Shown piece after piece: positions 50,107-58,497 of a DNA stretch of 64,000 nt. Where the stretch lies: positions 434,001-498,000 of the IMG/VR virus record IMGVR_UViG_3300035182_002586, one strand, 5' to 3'. The translations under genes and the position numbers were made by a program. Under the pieces are notes generated by a model. That model was given only the letters and a program-made list of their open reading frames with translations, made no database searches and was not told the DNA's origin. How positions within the stretch are numbered: position 1 is the first letter of the stretch; each line of letters begins with the position of its first letter.

Positions 50107-50544
50107 ATGACCCTCCAGACCAGCATCGACCGCCTCACGGCGATGTTCACGGCCGCCCTCCTGAACGCCATCCGAGAGACCGTCTCCAACACCTCCCTCA
50201 TCGGCCTCGCGGCCATGACCGAGCCGCGACGACCCGGCCGCCCGCCCCGGTGGAAGACTGAGGCCCTGCGCACCTTCGAGAAGACCACGGCGGTCGCCGC
50301 CGCCCCCAAGATCAAGAGGGCTCCCAAGGCCAAGCCCGTGAAGACGGAGACGGTCGAGGCGTTCACCCCGCCACCGGCTCCCAAGGCCAAGCCCGTGCCC
50401 ATCGTCGGGATCGTCAAGGGCAGCCTTGTCATCACCGAGAAGGACGGCCGATTCTCCATGAAGCTGAACGGCAAGCAGTACGGCGCGTCCCGCCGTCGCG
50501 ACCTCGTGCGCCAGGCGCGCCGGATCGGCGTCGCCCTGGTGTAG
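50107..50544 (+). CDS. basic protein with AT-hook-like PGRPP and APKAKPV repeats (putative nucleoid-associated)
   Basis: RRPGRPPR; 22-bp direct repeat at 50319-50340 and 50376-50397. Confidence 0.6.
   Translation: MTLQTSIDRLTAMFTAALLNAIRETVSNTSLIGLAAMTEPRRPGRPPRWKTEALRTFEKTTAVAAAPKIKRAPKAKPVKTETVEAFTPPPAPKAKPVPIVGIVKGSLVITEKDGRFSMKLNGKQYGASRRRDLVRQARRIGVALV
50538..50544 (+). promoter_or_regulatory. class B element GGTGTAG doubling as Val-stop
   Basis: 10 nt to ATG 50555. Confidence 0.6.
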
Positions 50545-50554
50545 AAGACGGGGC

Positions 50555-50776
50555 ATGAACCACTCGAAGTTCTCCCTCGCCCTGGAAGCATTCGCCATTC
50601 GGGGCGACAGGAAGCCCGTGCTCTCCCTCACCCCGAGCGAGATCCCCCCGAAGTTCTACCCGACCGTCATCAGACTGCGCGCGTGGCCTCTCATCGAACC
50701 GAGTGTCCGGTTCACCGAGACCCGGCGCATCATGGAGCACCTCGCAACCGTAGGCGCGTGCCGCCAGGCCGCCTGA
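50555..50776 (+). CDS. hypothetical protein
   Basis: 73 aa. Confidence 0.6.
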   Translation: MNHSKFSLALEAFAIRGDRKPVLSLTPSEIPPKFYPTVIRLRAWPLIEPSVRFTETRRIMEHLATVGACRQAA

Positions 50777-51027
50777 TGTCCCTGGAAGTTCTCCGCGAGG
50801 AGAACCCTGAGGCTCTCCTCGCGGACGGGTTTGAGGATGCGTTCCTCGGCATCTGCCGGCGTTATGGGCAGCCCGCTCTGGCTGCCTATGACCGCGCCAA
50901 GTGCATCAACATCCTCATGGTCCGCGACGGCATGACCGAAGATGCCGCTGAGGAGTTCTTCGAGTACAACGTCATCGGTGCGTGGGTGGGAGAAGGAACT
51001 CCCGTCTTCATCGAGGTCGCCCCATGA
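50776..51027 (+). CDS. conserved phage hypothetical protein
   Basis: ADGFEDA.LG...Y...C..IL..DGM....A.EFFEYNV.GAWVGE.TP.F. Confidence 0.8.
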   Translation: MSLEVLREENPEALLADGFEDAFLGICRRYGQPALAAYDRAKCINILMVRDGMTEDAAEEFFEYNVIGAWVGEGTPVFIEVAP

Positions 51028-51428
51028 GCCACTGGGATACGTGCGAACACTGCCGAGCGAACTTCCAAGAACCGCCCGGCGTCGTGCACATCTACGGGCA
51101 GCATAGCTGGCACGGGGAAGCGTATATCGTCGCGGACGAGAAGGGTCTCACCCTTGTCCGCGACGCCATCAACCGGGCCCTCGCCGAAGGCCAGGCCCAC
51201 GTGGGGCTCTCCCCCGCCGATGGGGAGGGCTTCCTCCTCTACGTCGTCAAGCACGACACCGAGCGGATGGACAAGCTCACGCTGCCGTACCCCGAGCACC
51301 CGGGGTCGGAGAAGACCCACCGCCCCCCGTACAGCATCGTCAAGGAACCCACGGACGGGGTAGAGGACGAGATCCTCGGGGACGACGAGTGGTTCGAGTT
51401 CATGCGCAGAACGGGGATGATCGAATGA
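51024..51428 (+). CDS. conserved-looking hypothetical protein
   Basis: HIYGQ.SWHGEAYIV...GL..RDAI..AL...DGEG. Confidence 0.75.
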   Translation: MSHWDTCEHCRANFQEPPGVVHIYGQHSWHGEAYIVADEKGLTLVRDAINRALAEGQAHVGLSPADGEGFLLYVVKHDTERMDKLTLPYPEHPGSEKTHRPPYSIVKEPTDGVEDEILGDDEWFEFMRRTGMIE

Positions 51429-51724
51429 GCACCGAAGACACCAAGGCCCTGATCGCCCGCCTGCGGGAGCTGCGGGCGAAGACGCCACAGGGCACGTGGA
51501 TGACGTACTCCGAGGAAGGCCCCTACCAGGGCACGACCCGACAGACGCACTCCGTCTGCATCTACGACCCGACCTTCAATCACGACGAAGACCACGTGTG
51601 CGTCACCACGGGCGTCGGAGACGACGAAGAGCAGGCACGCAACGTCGCGATCTTCATCGCCGAAGCCCACACCGCGCTCCCCCGCCTCCTCGACGAGCTG
51701 GAAGCGGCACTGGCGGGCAAGTGA
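51425..51724 (+). CDS. Ead/Ea22-like hypothetical protein
   Basis: L..L..K.TPGTW ...NA.FIA.AH...P.LL.EL. Confidence 0.55.
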   Translation: MSTEDTKALIARLRELRAKTPQGTWMTYSEEGPYQGTTRQTHSVCIYDPTFNHDEDHVCVTTGVGDDEEQARNVAIFIAEAHTALPRLLDELEAALAGK

Positions 51725-51972
51725 CGAGGAACAGCTTCGACGTGCTATCCCGTCCCATGGGCGGGCTCAAGGTGCTGTTCGCCAAGTGCAGTGATGGGGT
51801 CGTCCACGCCTTCGGCCTGAACGGGGACAAGGTGGAGGCCACGCCTGCGTGCAACGCCGAGGTCGGGAGCAAGCGCGTCCCCGCCACCGATGCTGACCCC
51901 GCCTGCGAGAGCTGCGGGGCTGCTGCCGAAGCGTGGGCTCAAGGCGCGCCCCTCCGGATGATCCAAACCTGA
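51721..51972 (+). CDS. H-C-CxxC zinc-module protein
   Basis: VHAF...ACN...ACESC. Confidence 0.65.
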   Translation: MTRNSFDVLSRPMGGLKVLFAKCSDGVVHAFGLNGDKVEATPACNAEVGSKRVPATDADPACESCGAAAEAWAQGAPLRMIQT

Positions 51973-51999
51973 TGGATCGCCCCTAACCACACGAGGTAG
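51971..51999 (+). promoter_or_regulatory. class A promoter (N17)
   Basis: 7 nt to ATG 52007; overlaps upstream TGA. Confidence 0.8.
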
Positions 52000-52006
52000 A
52001 GGGATC

Positions 52007-52222
52007 ATGCCGACTGCCACCGTGTGCGCGAATGACCGTGGGGAACGGTACGTCGAGGCCGAGTGCAGCGGCTACACCTTCCAGTACAGGTCCGACGAGC
52101 TTCCCTCCGAAGGCACGGAGGTCGAGGTCGAGACCTACATGGGCATCGGGGACGTGTACTGCGCCGACATCACCTGGACCGACTTCGAGAGCCGCTACCA
52201 CATCACCGCGACCGGCTGGTGA
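52007..52222 (+). CDS. hypothetical protein
   Basis: behind class A motif. Confidence 0.7.
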   Translation: MPTATVCANDRGERYVEAECSGYTFQYRSDELPSEGTEVEVETYMGIGDVYCADITWTDFESRYHITATGW

Positions 52223-52472
52223 GCGGCTTCGCGCAGAACGCGCACGCCCCGTCCTTGACGTAGCTCCCGTGCCCGTCCAGACGCCCGTTAGGCGTGATGC
52301 AGGATACGAGGTCCCACTCCCCACGGGCCACGAGGTTCGCAGCAGCGATCACCGCCGTCATGCTCCCCTCGGCCACCACCTGGAGTTCCCTCAAAGGCTG
52401 GTGTTTGGGCTCCGGCGCGCGGCACAGACTCGCTCGACCACCACCCAAGTCGATCACCACGTACGGCTTCAT
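52203..52472 (-). CDS. hypothetical protein
   Basis: 89 aa; CAFC. Confidence 0.6.
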   Translation of the reverse strand: MKPYVVIDLGGGRASLCRAPEPKHQPLRELQVVAEGSMTAVIAAANLVARGEWDLVSCITPNGRLDGHGSYVKDGACAFCAKPLTSRSR

Positions 52473-52473
52473 C

Positions 52474-53427
52474 CTAGGACCCCTTCACCCGAAGACGGCG
52501 AATCTCCTCGATGAGCACGGGTAGATCGTCGAGAGCTTGATAGGCCGTCGCGATGTCCGCGTCGTTGTCCAGGGCGAAGCCAGGGACCCGGGCGCTGACT
52601 GCCCGCTCCGTGATGGCAGCCAGCGCTTCCTCCGAGAGCGGGACCTCCCTCGCCTTGAACCGCTCGACCTGGTAGCGACCACGAAGCTCCAGGAGGCACA
52701 TCACGAGCATCTGGCAGCGAGACCCTGTGTAGTGCTCCAGCTCGTGGATGGCATCGTCCAGCGTCTCCCACCGCTTGGGGTCCGTGATGGCTTCCGCTAG
52801 CGGACGGGGCTCCCCCTCCATCGCTCTCACGATGCGCTGCGTGCGCTCCACGACGGCCGCTGCACTCGCAGGGTCGACGACCAAGGGGTGACGAATCACC
52901 ACGGCGTCGAGGTTGGACGCACCCCCTTCGATGTCTTCGTCCCCGCACCCCGCCTCGCGCGCACGTGCGAGATCTTCCGAATCCGGCTCATAGTCGTCGG
53001 TGTCCGGATAGTCGGGGTAGTCGTAGTCGTCCCGGTCGTCCATGGGTCGAGAGTCCCCCTGACACTCTTCACATGCCGTCGCCTCCCACAGGTGCTTGGA
53101 GTAGACGCGACGCCCGGGCTTCCCGCACTGCTCGCACGTCTCGCCGCTCCGGTCGATGGCCTCCTTGACGATGGCCTGGACCTCGGGCGTGCCGCCGAAA
53201 GGTTCATCGGAGATCCTCGTGGGAACCATGTTGAGGGTGGCGTACTTCTCCTTGATGTACGTGAACGACGCCCCGAGCTTCTCCGCCTTCGCCCCGAGGT
53301 CCATCAGGATGGCTTCCCACCCCTCGTCGTGGGCGAAGTGGCAGTTGCCGTAGACCGTCGGGTACGCCGCGCGCAACCGCGCCGTCATCGTTGCAAGCTG
53401 CTTCGCGGACTCTTCGTGCGTCTTCAT
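52474..53427 (-). CDS. multi-module hypothetical protein
   Basis: N-domain GW..IL...YIKEKY.TL...S.ETCEQCG.PG...W..T.CEEC; acidic mid-segment. Confidence 0.8.
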   Translation of the reverse strand: MKTHEESAKQLATMTARLRAAYPTVYGNCHFAHDEGWEAILMDLGAKAEKLGASFTYIKEKYATLNMVPTRISDEPFGGTPEVQAIVKEAIDRSGETCEQCGKPGRRVYSKHLWEATACEECQGDSRPMDDRDDYDYPDYPDTDDYEPDSEDLARAREAGCGDEDIEGGASNLDAVVIRHPLVVDPASAAAVVERTQRIVRAMEGEPRPLAEAITDPKRWETLDDAIHELEHYTGSRCQMLVMCLLELRGRYQVERFKAREVPLSEEALAAITERAVSARVPGFALDNDADIATAYQALDDLPVLIEEIRRLRVKGS

Positions 53428-53438
53428 CGCGTAGAGGG

Positions 53439-53445
53439 CTACACC
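53439..53445 (-). promoter_or_regulatory. class B element GGTGTAG
   Basis: 11 nt to ATG 53427. Confidence 0.55.
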
Positions 53446-53448
53446 GGA

Positions 53449-53700
53449 TCAGCAGTGGAGCATTGAGGAAAGGAACACCCCGAGGACGATCCCCCACGAG
53501 AAGATGAGCAACGCCTGCTTCGTCGTGTACCCGGGAGGCTTCGGGGGGTCCGGCCACTTCAAATCGTCGGGCGTCGGCGCGGGCGGCGGAAGCGTGTACA
53601 TCGGCTTCCGTGAGGTCGGTCGAGGGTCGTATCGATCCTGGCAACGCGGACACGGGATCACTCTCCCGCACGTGTTGCAACGGCCCTCGTCCCAGGCCAT
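53449..53700 (-). CDS. zinc-ribbon protein with C-terminal TM helix
   Basis: CNTC..CPRC, Pro-rich linker, LLIFSWGIVLGVFL. Confidence 0.65.
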   Translation of the reverse strand: MAWDEGRCNTCGRVIPCPRCQDRYDPRPTSRKPMYTLPPPAPTPDDLKWPDPPKPPGYTTKQALLIFSWGIVLGVFLSSMLHC

Positions 53701-53966
53701 CAGCCGGGCCCACACGACTGGATGTACACGCTCACCGGGATCGCGCGACTCACCACCCACGAAGGCTCGAAGAAAAGGCTCCCCTTGGGGTCGAAGGTGT
53801 TAGGGTTCGGCCACCCCCACACGCGCGCAAGTCGTGTCGCCGCCTTCCCCATGAGCGTCCGCTCGATGTACTCGGCCAGGGTCTCCCCCGGCTGATAGCA
53901 CCCGTAGAAGTCCAAGTGGCTCTCCACCACAGGCTTCAGATCGAGAGAGCGGGAAGCGTTTGACAT
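53700..53966 (-). CDS. hypothetical protein
   Basis: class B element 11 nt upstream; TGATG coupling downstream. Confidence 0.55.
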   Translation of the reverse strand: MSNASRSLDLKPVVESHLDFYGCYQPGETLAEYIERTLMGKAATRLARVWGWPNPNTFDPKGSLFFEPSWVVSRAIPVSVYIQSCGPG

Positions 53967-53977
53967 CACAGAGGATC

Positions 53978-53984
53978 CTACACC
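53978..53984 (-). promoter_or_regulatory. class B element GGTGTAG doubling as Val-stop
   Basis: 11 nt to ATG 53966. Confidence 0.55.
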
Positions 53985-54925
53985 GCAGGAGCCGGGAATG
54001 ATGCGATCAGAGCACGCATAGCATCTTCCGCGACCTTGATCCCGTCCGCGTATACCCCACCCATGACGCGTCCGCGCACGGATTGTGTGTCGTACTTGCT
54101 GCTCCCGATGTTCCGGGTCACGTCCCAATAGGCCCACCGAACCCCGGAACCGTCGTTCAACCCCTCGCAGTTCTCGGACACCCCGATCGCCGTGAGGCTC
54201 CAACCCTGGAGGACAGTCCAGCACCCACAGAGGAACCGGCTCTCGTCCGCCATGGGGATCCCGTAGCCTGCGGCCGCAGCACGTGCCTGTGTCTCCGCCT
54301 CTTCCCACGTCCCCGCGCTGCCTGTCAGACGGTCCCGGGGCGGGCCGTCAGGTGGGTTCACGACGTGCGGCTTCACGCTCCACTCGAAGGTCTGCCGGAC
54401 GGGCACACGGCAAAGAAGCTCCTCCCACCCTCCAACCGGGAACTCCCCCATCTGCACCCTATCGTCGTAGAGCTTCCGGAGCCAGGCGGTGTCCCGCATC
54501 GTGTGCTTGACCTCCACCTTCCCCGCCTCGTTGCGCCACGTCGTGGAGGCGTGCGTCTGCACACCCCCGGCGAGGAACGACCAAGGCTTGTCCCGACGAA
54601 GTTCCTCGGAGAGCCCGTGGATCAGCAGGCCGGCACGCGCGATGGGATGCGCGCCCCGCTCGATCCTGTCGAGATCCTGCGTCAGCTCAGTTCTATCGTG
54701 GAGACGCCAGTAGCTCACGATCCACTGGAGGAAGGATTCCCCCACCAGCATGGCCCCGTCCCGCACCGAGGTCCCACGGTAGATCGCATCTCGCACCTCG
54801 GGCGGAGCCCGGCGACGCAGCTCCAAGACCGCATCACGGTACGTCGCCGGGATGTTCTCCGTCCCGTCCGCTGTCCGGTCCATCAGCGGAGCGAGAGAGT
54901 CCTCTAGCAGCAAACGCTCGTACAT
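53978..54925 (-). CDS. hypothetical protein starting MYERLLLEDSL
   Basis: 315 aa from ATG 54925, GGAGA SD. Confidence 0.7.
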   Translation of the reverse strand: MYERLLLEDSLAPLMDRTADGTENIPATYRDAVLELRRRAPPEVRDAIYRGTSVRDGAMLVGESFLQWIVSYWRLHDRTELTQDLDRIERGAHPIARAGLLIHGLSEELRRDKPWSFLAGGVQTHASTTWRNEAGKVEVKHTMRDTAWLRKLYDDRVQMGEFPVGGWEELLCRVPVRQTFEWSVKPHVVNPPDGPPRDRLTGSAGTWEEAETQARAAAAGYGIPMADESRFLCGCWTVLQGWSLTAIGVSENCEGLNDGSGVRWAYWDVTRNIGSSKYDTQSVRGRVMGGVYADGIKVAEDAMRALIASFPAPAV

Positions 54926-54935
54926 CGCTTCTCCG

Positions 54936-54942
54936 GGTGTAC
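54936..54942 (+). promoter_or_regulatory. class B element GGTGTAC
   Basis: 10 nt to ATG 54953. Confidence 0.55.
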
Positions 54943-54952
54943 CATGAGGCAC

Positions 54953-55180
54953 ATGATGCCCCCTCCGCCCAACCCCGCACGCGTCCCCGTCTTCCTCGTT
55001 CTTGAGGGACTCGACGACAAGGGGGCCACGTACACCGTGGTGGAAGCATCCGGCTTCAAGCTCGATGGTGGCACCTGGAGCATCCGCAAGGGCTGCATGA
55101 TCAACGTCGTGCAAGCCGAGAAGGTCTACCTGTCCAGGGGCGCCGCCGAAGCGCGCATCGAGGAGCTGCGTAAGAGATGA
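54953..55180 (+). CDS. hypothetical protein
   Basis: 75 aa. Confidence 0.65.
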   Translation: MMPPPPNPARVPVFLVLEGLDDKGATYTVVEASGFKLDGGTWSIRKGCMINVVQAEKVYLSRGAAEARIEELRKR

Positions 55181-55323
55181 CCACCAGGGTCCAGGTCACC
55201 GTCTTCGGCGCGGCGCTCCTCGGAGCCCTGTGGTTCGGCTTCGCTGGACACCCGGTCCCCACTGCCGTCTGCATCGCCATCGCGTACTACACGAAGGAAG
55301 CACCCGTCGAGGATGAGGAGTGA
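55177..55323 (+). CDS. small membrane protein (48 aa)
   Basis: ATGA/TGATG overlaps; hydrophobic; not in ORF track. Confidence 0.55.
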   Translation: MTTRVQVTVFGAALLGALWFGFAGHPVPTAVCIAIAYYTKEAPVEDEE

Positions 55324-55712
55324 TGCGCCACTCATTCTCCTACCGCTTCACCCACCTCGTGACCGGGCCCTTCCCGTTCGAGTACTGGACCTGGACAGGC
55401 AAGTCCGGCGCTCACGCGTGGAGCCGACCCAACGCCCTGTCCGCCACGATGAAGATCGCCTTCCCGAGGCACACCATCACCGGAAGCCCCACCGACGTTC
55501 GCGCCCGCTACGATGACGCGATCGCACACCTCCCCCGAGGCGTACGGACAACGATCACCGGGATCAGGGACAACGATAACGGCTCGATCGACCTCGGCAC
55601 CATCGCCTGCGTGCAGGACGTTGATCTCACCGAGGACGAGTGCCCCTTCTGGTTCGAGCCACCGGAGCCTCAACCCCTGTGGGAGAAGCTCCTCGTGGAC
55701 GACCCGTTCTAG
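55323..55712 (+). CDS. hypothetical protein with LWEKL tail
   Basis: ends EPPEPQPLWEKLLVDDPF. Confidence 0.75.
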   Translation: MRHSFSYRFTHLVTGPFPFEYWTWTGKSGAHAWSRPNALSATMKIAFPRHTITGSPTDVRARYDDAIAHLPRGVRTTITGIRDNDNGSIDLGTIACVQDVDLTEDECPFWFEPPEPQPLWEKLLVDDPF

Positions 55713-56218
55713 CCGACCGCGAACTGCCCCACGTGCTCGAACTCGGGCGGGGTCTCGATCGCCACGTACTTGCCGTCGTGGAAGCGACCGTCCTCGTGGC
55801 GCTCGCCCTTGTCGTATCGGAACCAGTACTGGTCCCGATGGAAGCCGCCGTACGCGTAGCCCATCGCGAACGACTCGATCACGGCGAAGCCGTAGCTGTA
55901 CTCCCACCAGAACTCGCCGCGATCACCACTGATCGCCTCGACGGCCTCGTCGAATGTCTCCAGGATCATCACGGTCCGCGTCCCACCGTAGCGCACGCTC
56001 GACGCGATCGTCGTCAGCGTGTACGCCCGCTTGCCCTTGAAGTCCGGGCTGAGCGGCTTCTCCGTGTGCCCCTCGGGCTTCAAGACCGAGTTCTCGAACG
56101 CCTTGTCGTACTCCTGCTCCGCCTCGGTCCGGACCCTCGGGTCCTGCGACAGAGCGGCCGCCACGCTCGCCAGTGCGTTGTTGCTCACAACCAGCGTCGG
56201 CTCTTCCTTCTCGCTCAT
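55709..56218 (-). CDS. hypothetical protein
   Basis: DFWEY..AVIE-like pattern; class B upstream. Confidence 0.75.
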   Translation of the reverse strand: MSEKEEPTLVVSNNALASVAAALSQDPRVRTEAEQEYDKAFENSVLKPEGHTEKPLSPDFKGKRAYTLTTIASSVRYGGTRTVMILETFDEAVEAISGDRGEFWWEYSYGFAVIESFAMGYAYGGFHRDQYWFRYDKGERHEDGRFHDGKYVAIETPPEFEHVGQFAVG

Positions 56219-56228
56219 GGGGGTCCTT

Positions 56229-56235
56229 GTACACC
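56229..56235 (-). promoter_or_regulatory. class B element GGTGTAC
   Basis: 10 nt to ATG 56218; divergent from class A at 56240. Confidence 0.6.
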
Positions 56236-56239
56236 GCTG

Positions 56240-56268
56240 GATGGATCACCCCACCCCCCGCGCTGTAG
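56240..56268 (+). promoter_or_regulatory. class A promoter (N17)
   Basis: 7 nt to ATG 56276. Confidence 0.8.
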
Positions 56269-56275
56269 AGAGGAC

Positions 56276-56464
56276 ATGGGAAACGAAATCGTCTACATCA
56301 AGCTCCCCCCGCCCGAGAGCCCTCTCGGGGGGCTCACCGGCTTCACGTCCAAGGTCCTCGAACGCAAGAAGGGCCACGTCCTCGTGGACTACCCCCTCTC
56401 GTTCGGACACTGCACCCACCAGTGGGTCCCCGAAGCGTGGGTCGCCTGGACGCTCCCGAGCTGA
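56276..56464 (+). CDS. small SH3-like hypothetical protein
   Basis: behind class A motif. Confidence 0.65.
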   Translation: MGNEIVYIKLPPPESPLGGLTGFTSKVLERKKGHVLVDYPLSFGHCTHQWVPEAWVAWTLPS

Positions 56465-56467
56465 CAT

Positions 56468-56716
56468 ATGGAAACCCCGCAACGCCCCGCTCTCCTGGTC
56501 ACCGTCGACGAAGCCTCCCACACGATGCGCCGCGTCGAGAAGTCGTCGTTCCTCCGGGATCAAGGGGTCACGGTCTACACCGTCCCCTCGGAGACCCCCA
56601 TCTACGTGGACGAGCGCAAGGTCCCGGCCGTGGTGCTCATGGTCCGCGCAGAGACGGACTACCTCGTCGGCGTGGGCGTCGGGTTCGTGACGCTCCTCGT
56701 TGAGGGCCTCCGCTGA
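56468..56716 (+). CDS. hypothetical protein
   Basis: 82 aa. Confidence 0.65.
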   Translation: METPQRPALLVTVDEASHTMRRVEKSSFLRDQGVTVYTVPSETPIYVDERKVPAVVLMVRAETDYLVGVGVGFVTLLVEGLR

Positions 56717-56721
56717 TTTCG

Positions 56722-56749
56722 GATGGATCGGTTCCCCCTCGCGCTGTAG
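56722..56749 (+). promoter_or_regulatory. class A promoter (N16)
   Basis: 7 nt to ATG 56757. Confidence 0.8.
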
Positions 56750-56756
56750 AGGGGAC

Positions 56757-56993
56757 ATGACCACGACGACCGCCCCCGCCATCGACGCGATGCTCGAAGT
56801 TCTCCTGACCGCGTGGGCGCTGTCGCAGGTCAAGGGCCCGGCCCCGAAGCTGAACGTGGCCTTCCCGCCCCGCCTCCAGTCGGCCCTCCGCAAGGCCCGC
56901 AAGCTCGAATACGTAACCGTCGACGATGCCGGCGTCTACCTCGACGAACTCGGCTGCCTCTACCTCGCCGAACACGGCAACCCCCAGATCTGA
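56757..56993 (+). CDS. hypothetical protein
   Basis: behind class A motif. Confidence 0.7.
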   Translation: MTTTTAPAIDAMLEVLLTAWALSQVKGPAPKLNVAFPPRLQSALRKARKLEYVTVDDAGVYLDELGCLYLAEHGNPQI

Positions 56994-57003
56994 GGAAGTC
57001 ACC

Positions 57004-57300
57004 ATGGAACGCACCACCGACCTCGACGTCATCCGCAAGCACCGCGCCCGCTTCACGTGGGGCAGCGTCCAGGAAATCCACGACATCGGCCCCTACACGA
57101 TCGTCGAGTACATCTCCCGCAACCGAGACAAGGAAGACGAGACCTGCTTCCACGTCTACGTCGACGGCAAGAACACCAGCTCGTCGACCTCGACGCTCGA
57201 AGGCGCCATGATCCTCGCCATCGCCCACAAGCACCTGGAGGTCAACGAGGCTCGCTACATGGCGATGGCCGCCTGCAAGATCCTCGGCGTCAAGGAGTAG
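57004..57300 (+). CDS. conserved-looking hypothetical protein
   Basis: FTWG.V..IHDIGPY.IVEY...FH.YVDG...S.S..TLE.A.I.AIA.K. Confidence 0.75.
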   Translation: MERTTDLDVIRKHRARFTWGSVQEIHDIGPYTIVEYISRNRDKEDETCFHVYVDGKNTSSSTSTLEGAMILAIAHKHLEVNEARYMAMAACKILGVKE

Positions 57301-57308
57301 GTGACCCC

Positions 57309-57458
57309 ATGCCCGACAGGTCCCTGATCCGCGCGCTGCTCCTGGTCGCGTACCACCTCACCCGCTGCTTGCTGGTTGCGGTGGCCCTGCTGCCGCTCGT
57401 CGGCTTCATCTGGTTCCTCGGGCTGTTCTTCGAGTGGGCGCCACAGGAAGGGGCGTAG
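57309..57458 (+). CDS. small membrane protein
   Basis: hydrophobic 49 aa. Confidence 0.55.
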   Translation: MPDRSLIRALLLVAYHLTRCLLVAVALLPLVGFIWFLGLFFEWAPQEGA

Positions 57459-57460
57459 CG

Positions 57461-57763
57461 ATGTCCACGAACACGTTCCCCAACTGGCTGGCCCTCATGG
57501 AGACCTGGTTGTGGGTCCACCACAAGGGTCAGCCCGCCGTCATCTTCTCCTACCCCATCGCCGGTCCTGATCCTGGCTTCGCCGATCGAGTCAAGCGACT
57601 GCAAGAACGCTTCGGCGCGGACTTCCCGAGTCTCGTTGGCGCCGAGTTCGCTGTCCTCGTGTGCCCCACCTTCGAGGAAGCGGGCCGCATCCTGCGCGAG
57701 ACCCCCGAGAACGACCCCTACACCCTCGTGTGGGACGGGAACAAGATCACGGGCCACCACTGA
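57461..57763 (+). CDS. hypothetical protein
   Basis: 100 aa. Confidence 0.7.
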   Translation: MSTNTFPNWLALMETWLWVHHKGQPAVIFSYPIAGPDPGFADRVKRLQERFGADFPSLVGAEFAVLVCPTFEEAGRILRETPENDPYTLVWDGNKITGHH

Positions 57764-57768
57764 AACCG

Positions 57769-57797
57769 GATGGATCGGCCCGTACCTCGCGGTGTAA
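57769..57797 (+). promoter_or_regulatory. hybrid class A/B promoter GATGGATC-N14-GGTGTAA, leadered
   Basis: GAGGT SD before ATG 57832. Confidence 0.7.
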
Positions 57798-57831
57798 CTA
57801 AGGCAGGTCGCGCATCCACACGAGGTTACCC

Positions 57832-58497
57832 ATGAACGTGTCTGTTCTTCGCCCCGAGGTGTCGAAGGTCGCCGTGAAGGTCGCGCTGCAAGGCGTCGCA
57901 GCGGAGGGCTTCAAGTACGACGCCCATCTGGTCGATCTCGTGCGCCGGAACACGACCATGCGCGGCCGGCAGGTGCAGTTCGGGCTCGACGCTCTCCGCC
58001 GTACGACCCGTTGGGCGCAAGTCGCCACGGGGATGAGCACGATCTTCGAGGAGGGGGTCAGCTCTCAGGACGCGCGTGACCGCTTCGAGGCCATCCGCGA
58101 ACGCCCGAACTACTACTTCATGGTGACGAACTACCTCGGGCGCCAGGCGACCAAGAAGGGAACCACCGCCCCGAACGAGAAGCTCCTGACGGCCGAGCAG
58201 GCGTGCACGATCCTCGGCCTCAAGTGGGGCATGTGGAAGAAGCGCATGTGGCGGTTCCACAAGGGGGAGCCCAACACCTACAAGAAGGACGACCGCCGCC
58301 GCTTCACCGGTTGGATGCCCACGCCAGTGGAAGGGGCCTACCTCTCCAAGAAGGCGCTGTTCACGGCCGCCGACATCGCCAGGGTTCAGCGCCTCCATGG
58401 AGGTAAGGATCCGACTGTCGAGGTGAAGGTGACGCCGGAGAACGATGTCGAACCCGCCCCCAAGGCTTGGCCGCGCGCGGCGCGAGGAGGCCGGTGA
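57832..58497 (+). CDS. putative DNA-binding protein with excisionase/MerR-like HTH
   Basis: LLTAEQACTILGL...FTAADIAR. Confidence 0.6.
   Translation: MNVSVLRPEVSKVAVKVALQGVAAEGFKYDAHLVDLVRRNTTMRGRQVQFGLDALRRTTRWAQVATGMSTIFEEGVSSQDARDRFEAIRERPNYYFMVTNYLGRQATKKGTTAPNEKLLTAEQACTILGLKWGMWKKRMWRFHKGEPNTYKKDDRRRFTGWMPTPVEGAYLSKKALFTAADIARVQRLHGGKDPTVEVKVTPENDVEPAPKAWPRAARGGR

Noticed and set aside
5590-57730. Intragenic GGTGTA/TACACC copies (e.g. near 5597, 20445, 28960, 33681, 41795, 55032)
   Set aside because: Explained by Val-Tyr or Tyr-Thr codons with no start codon at the expected distance; not counted as regulatory
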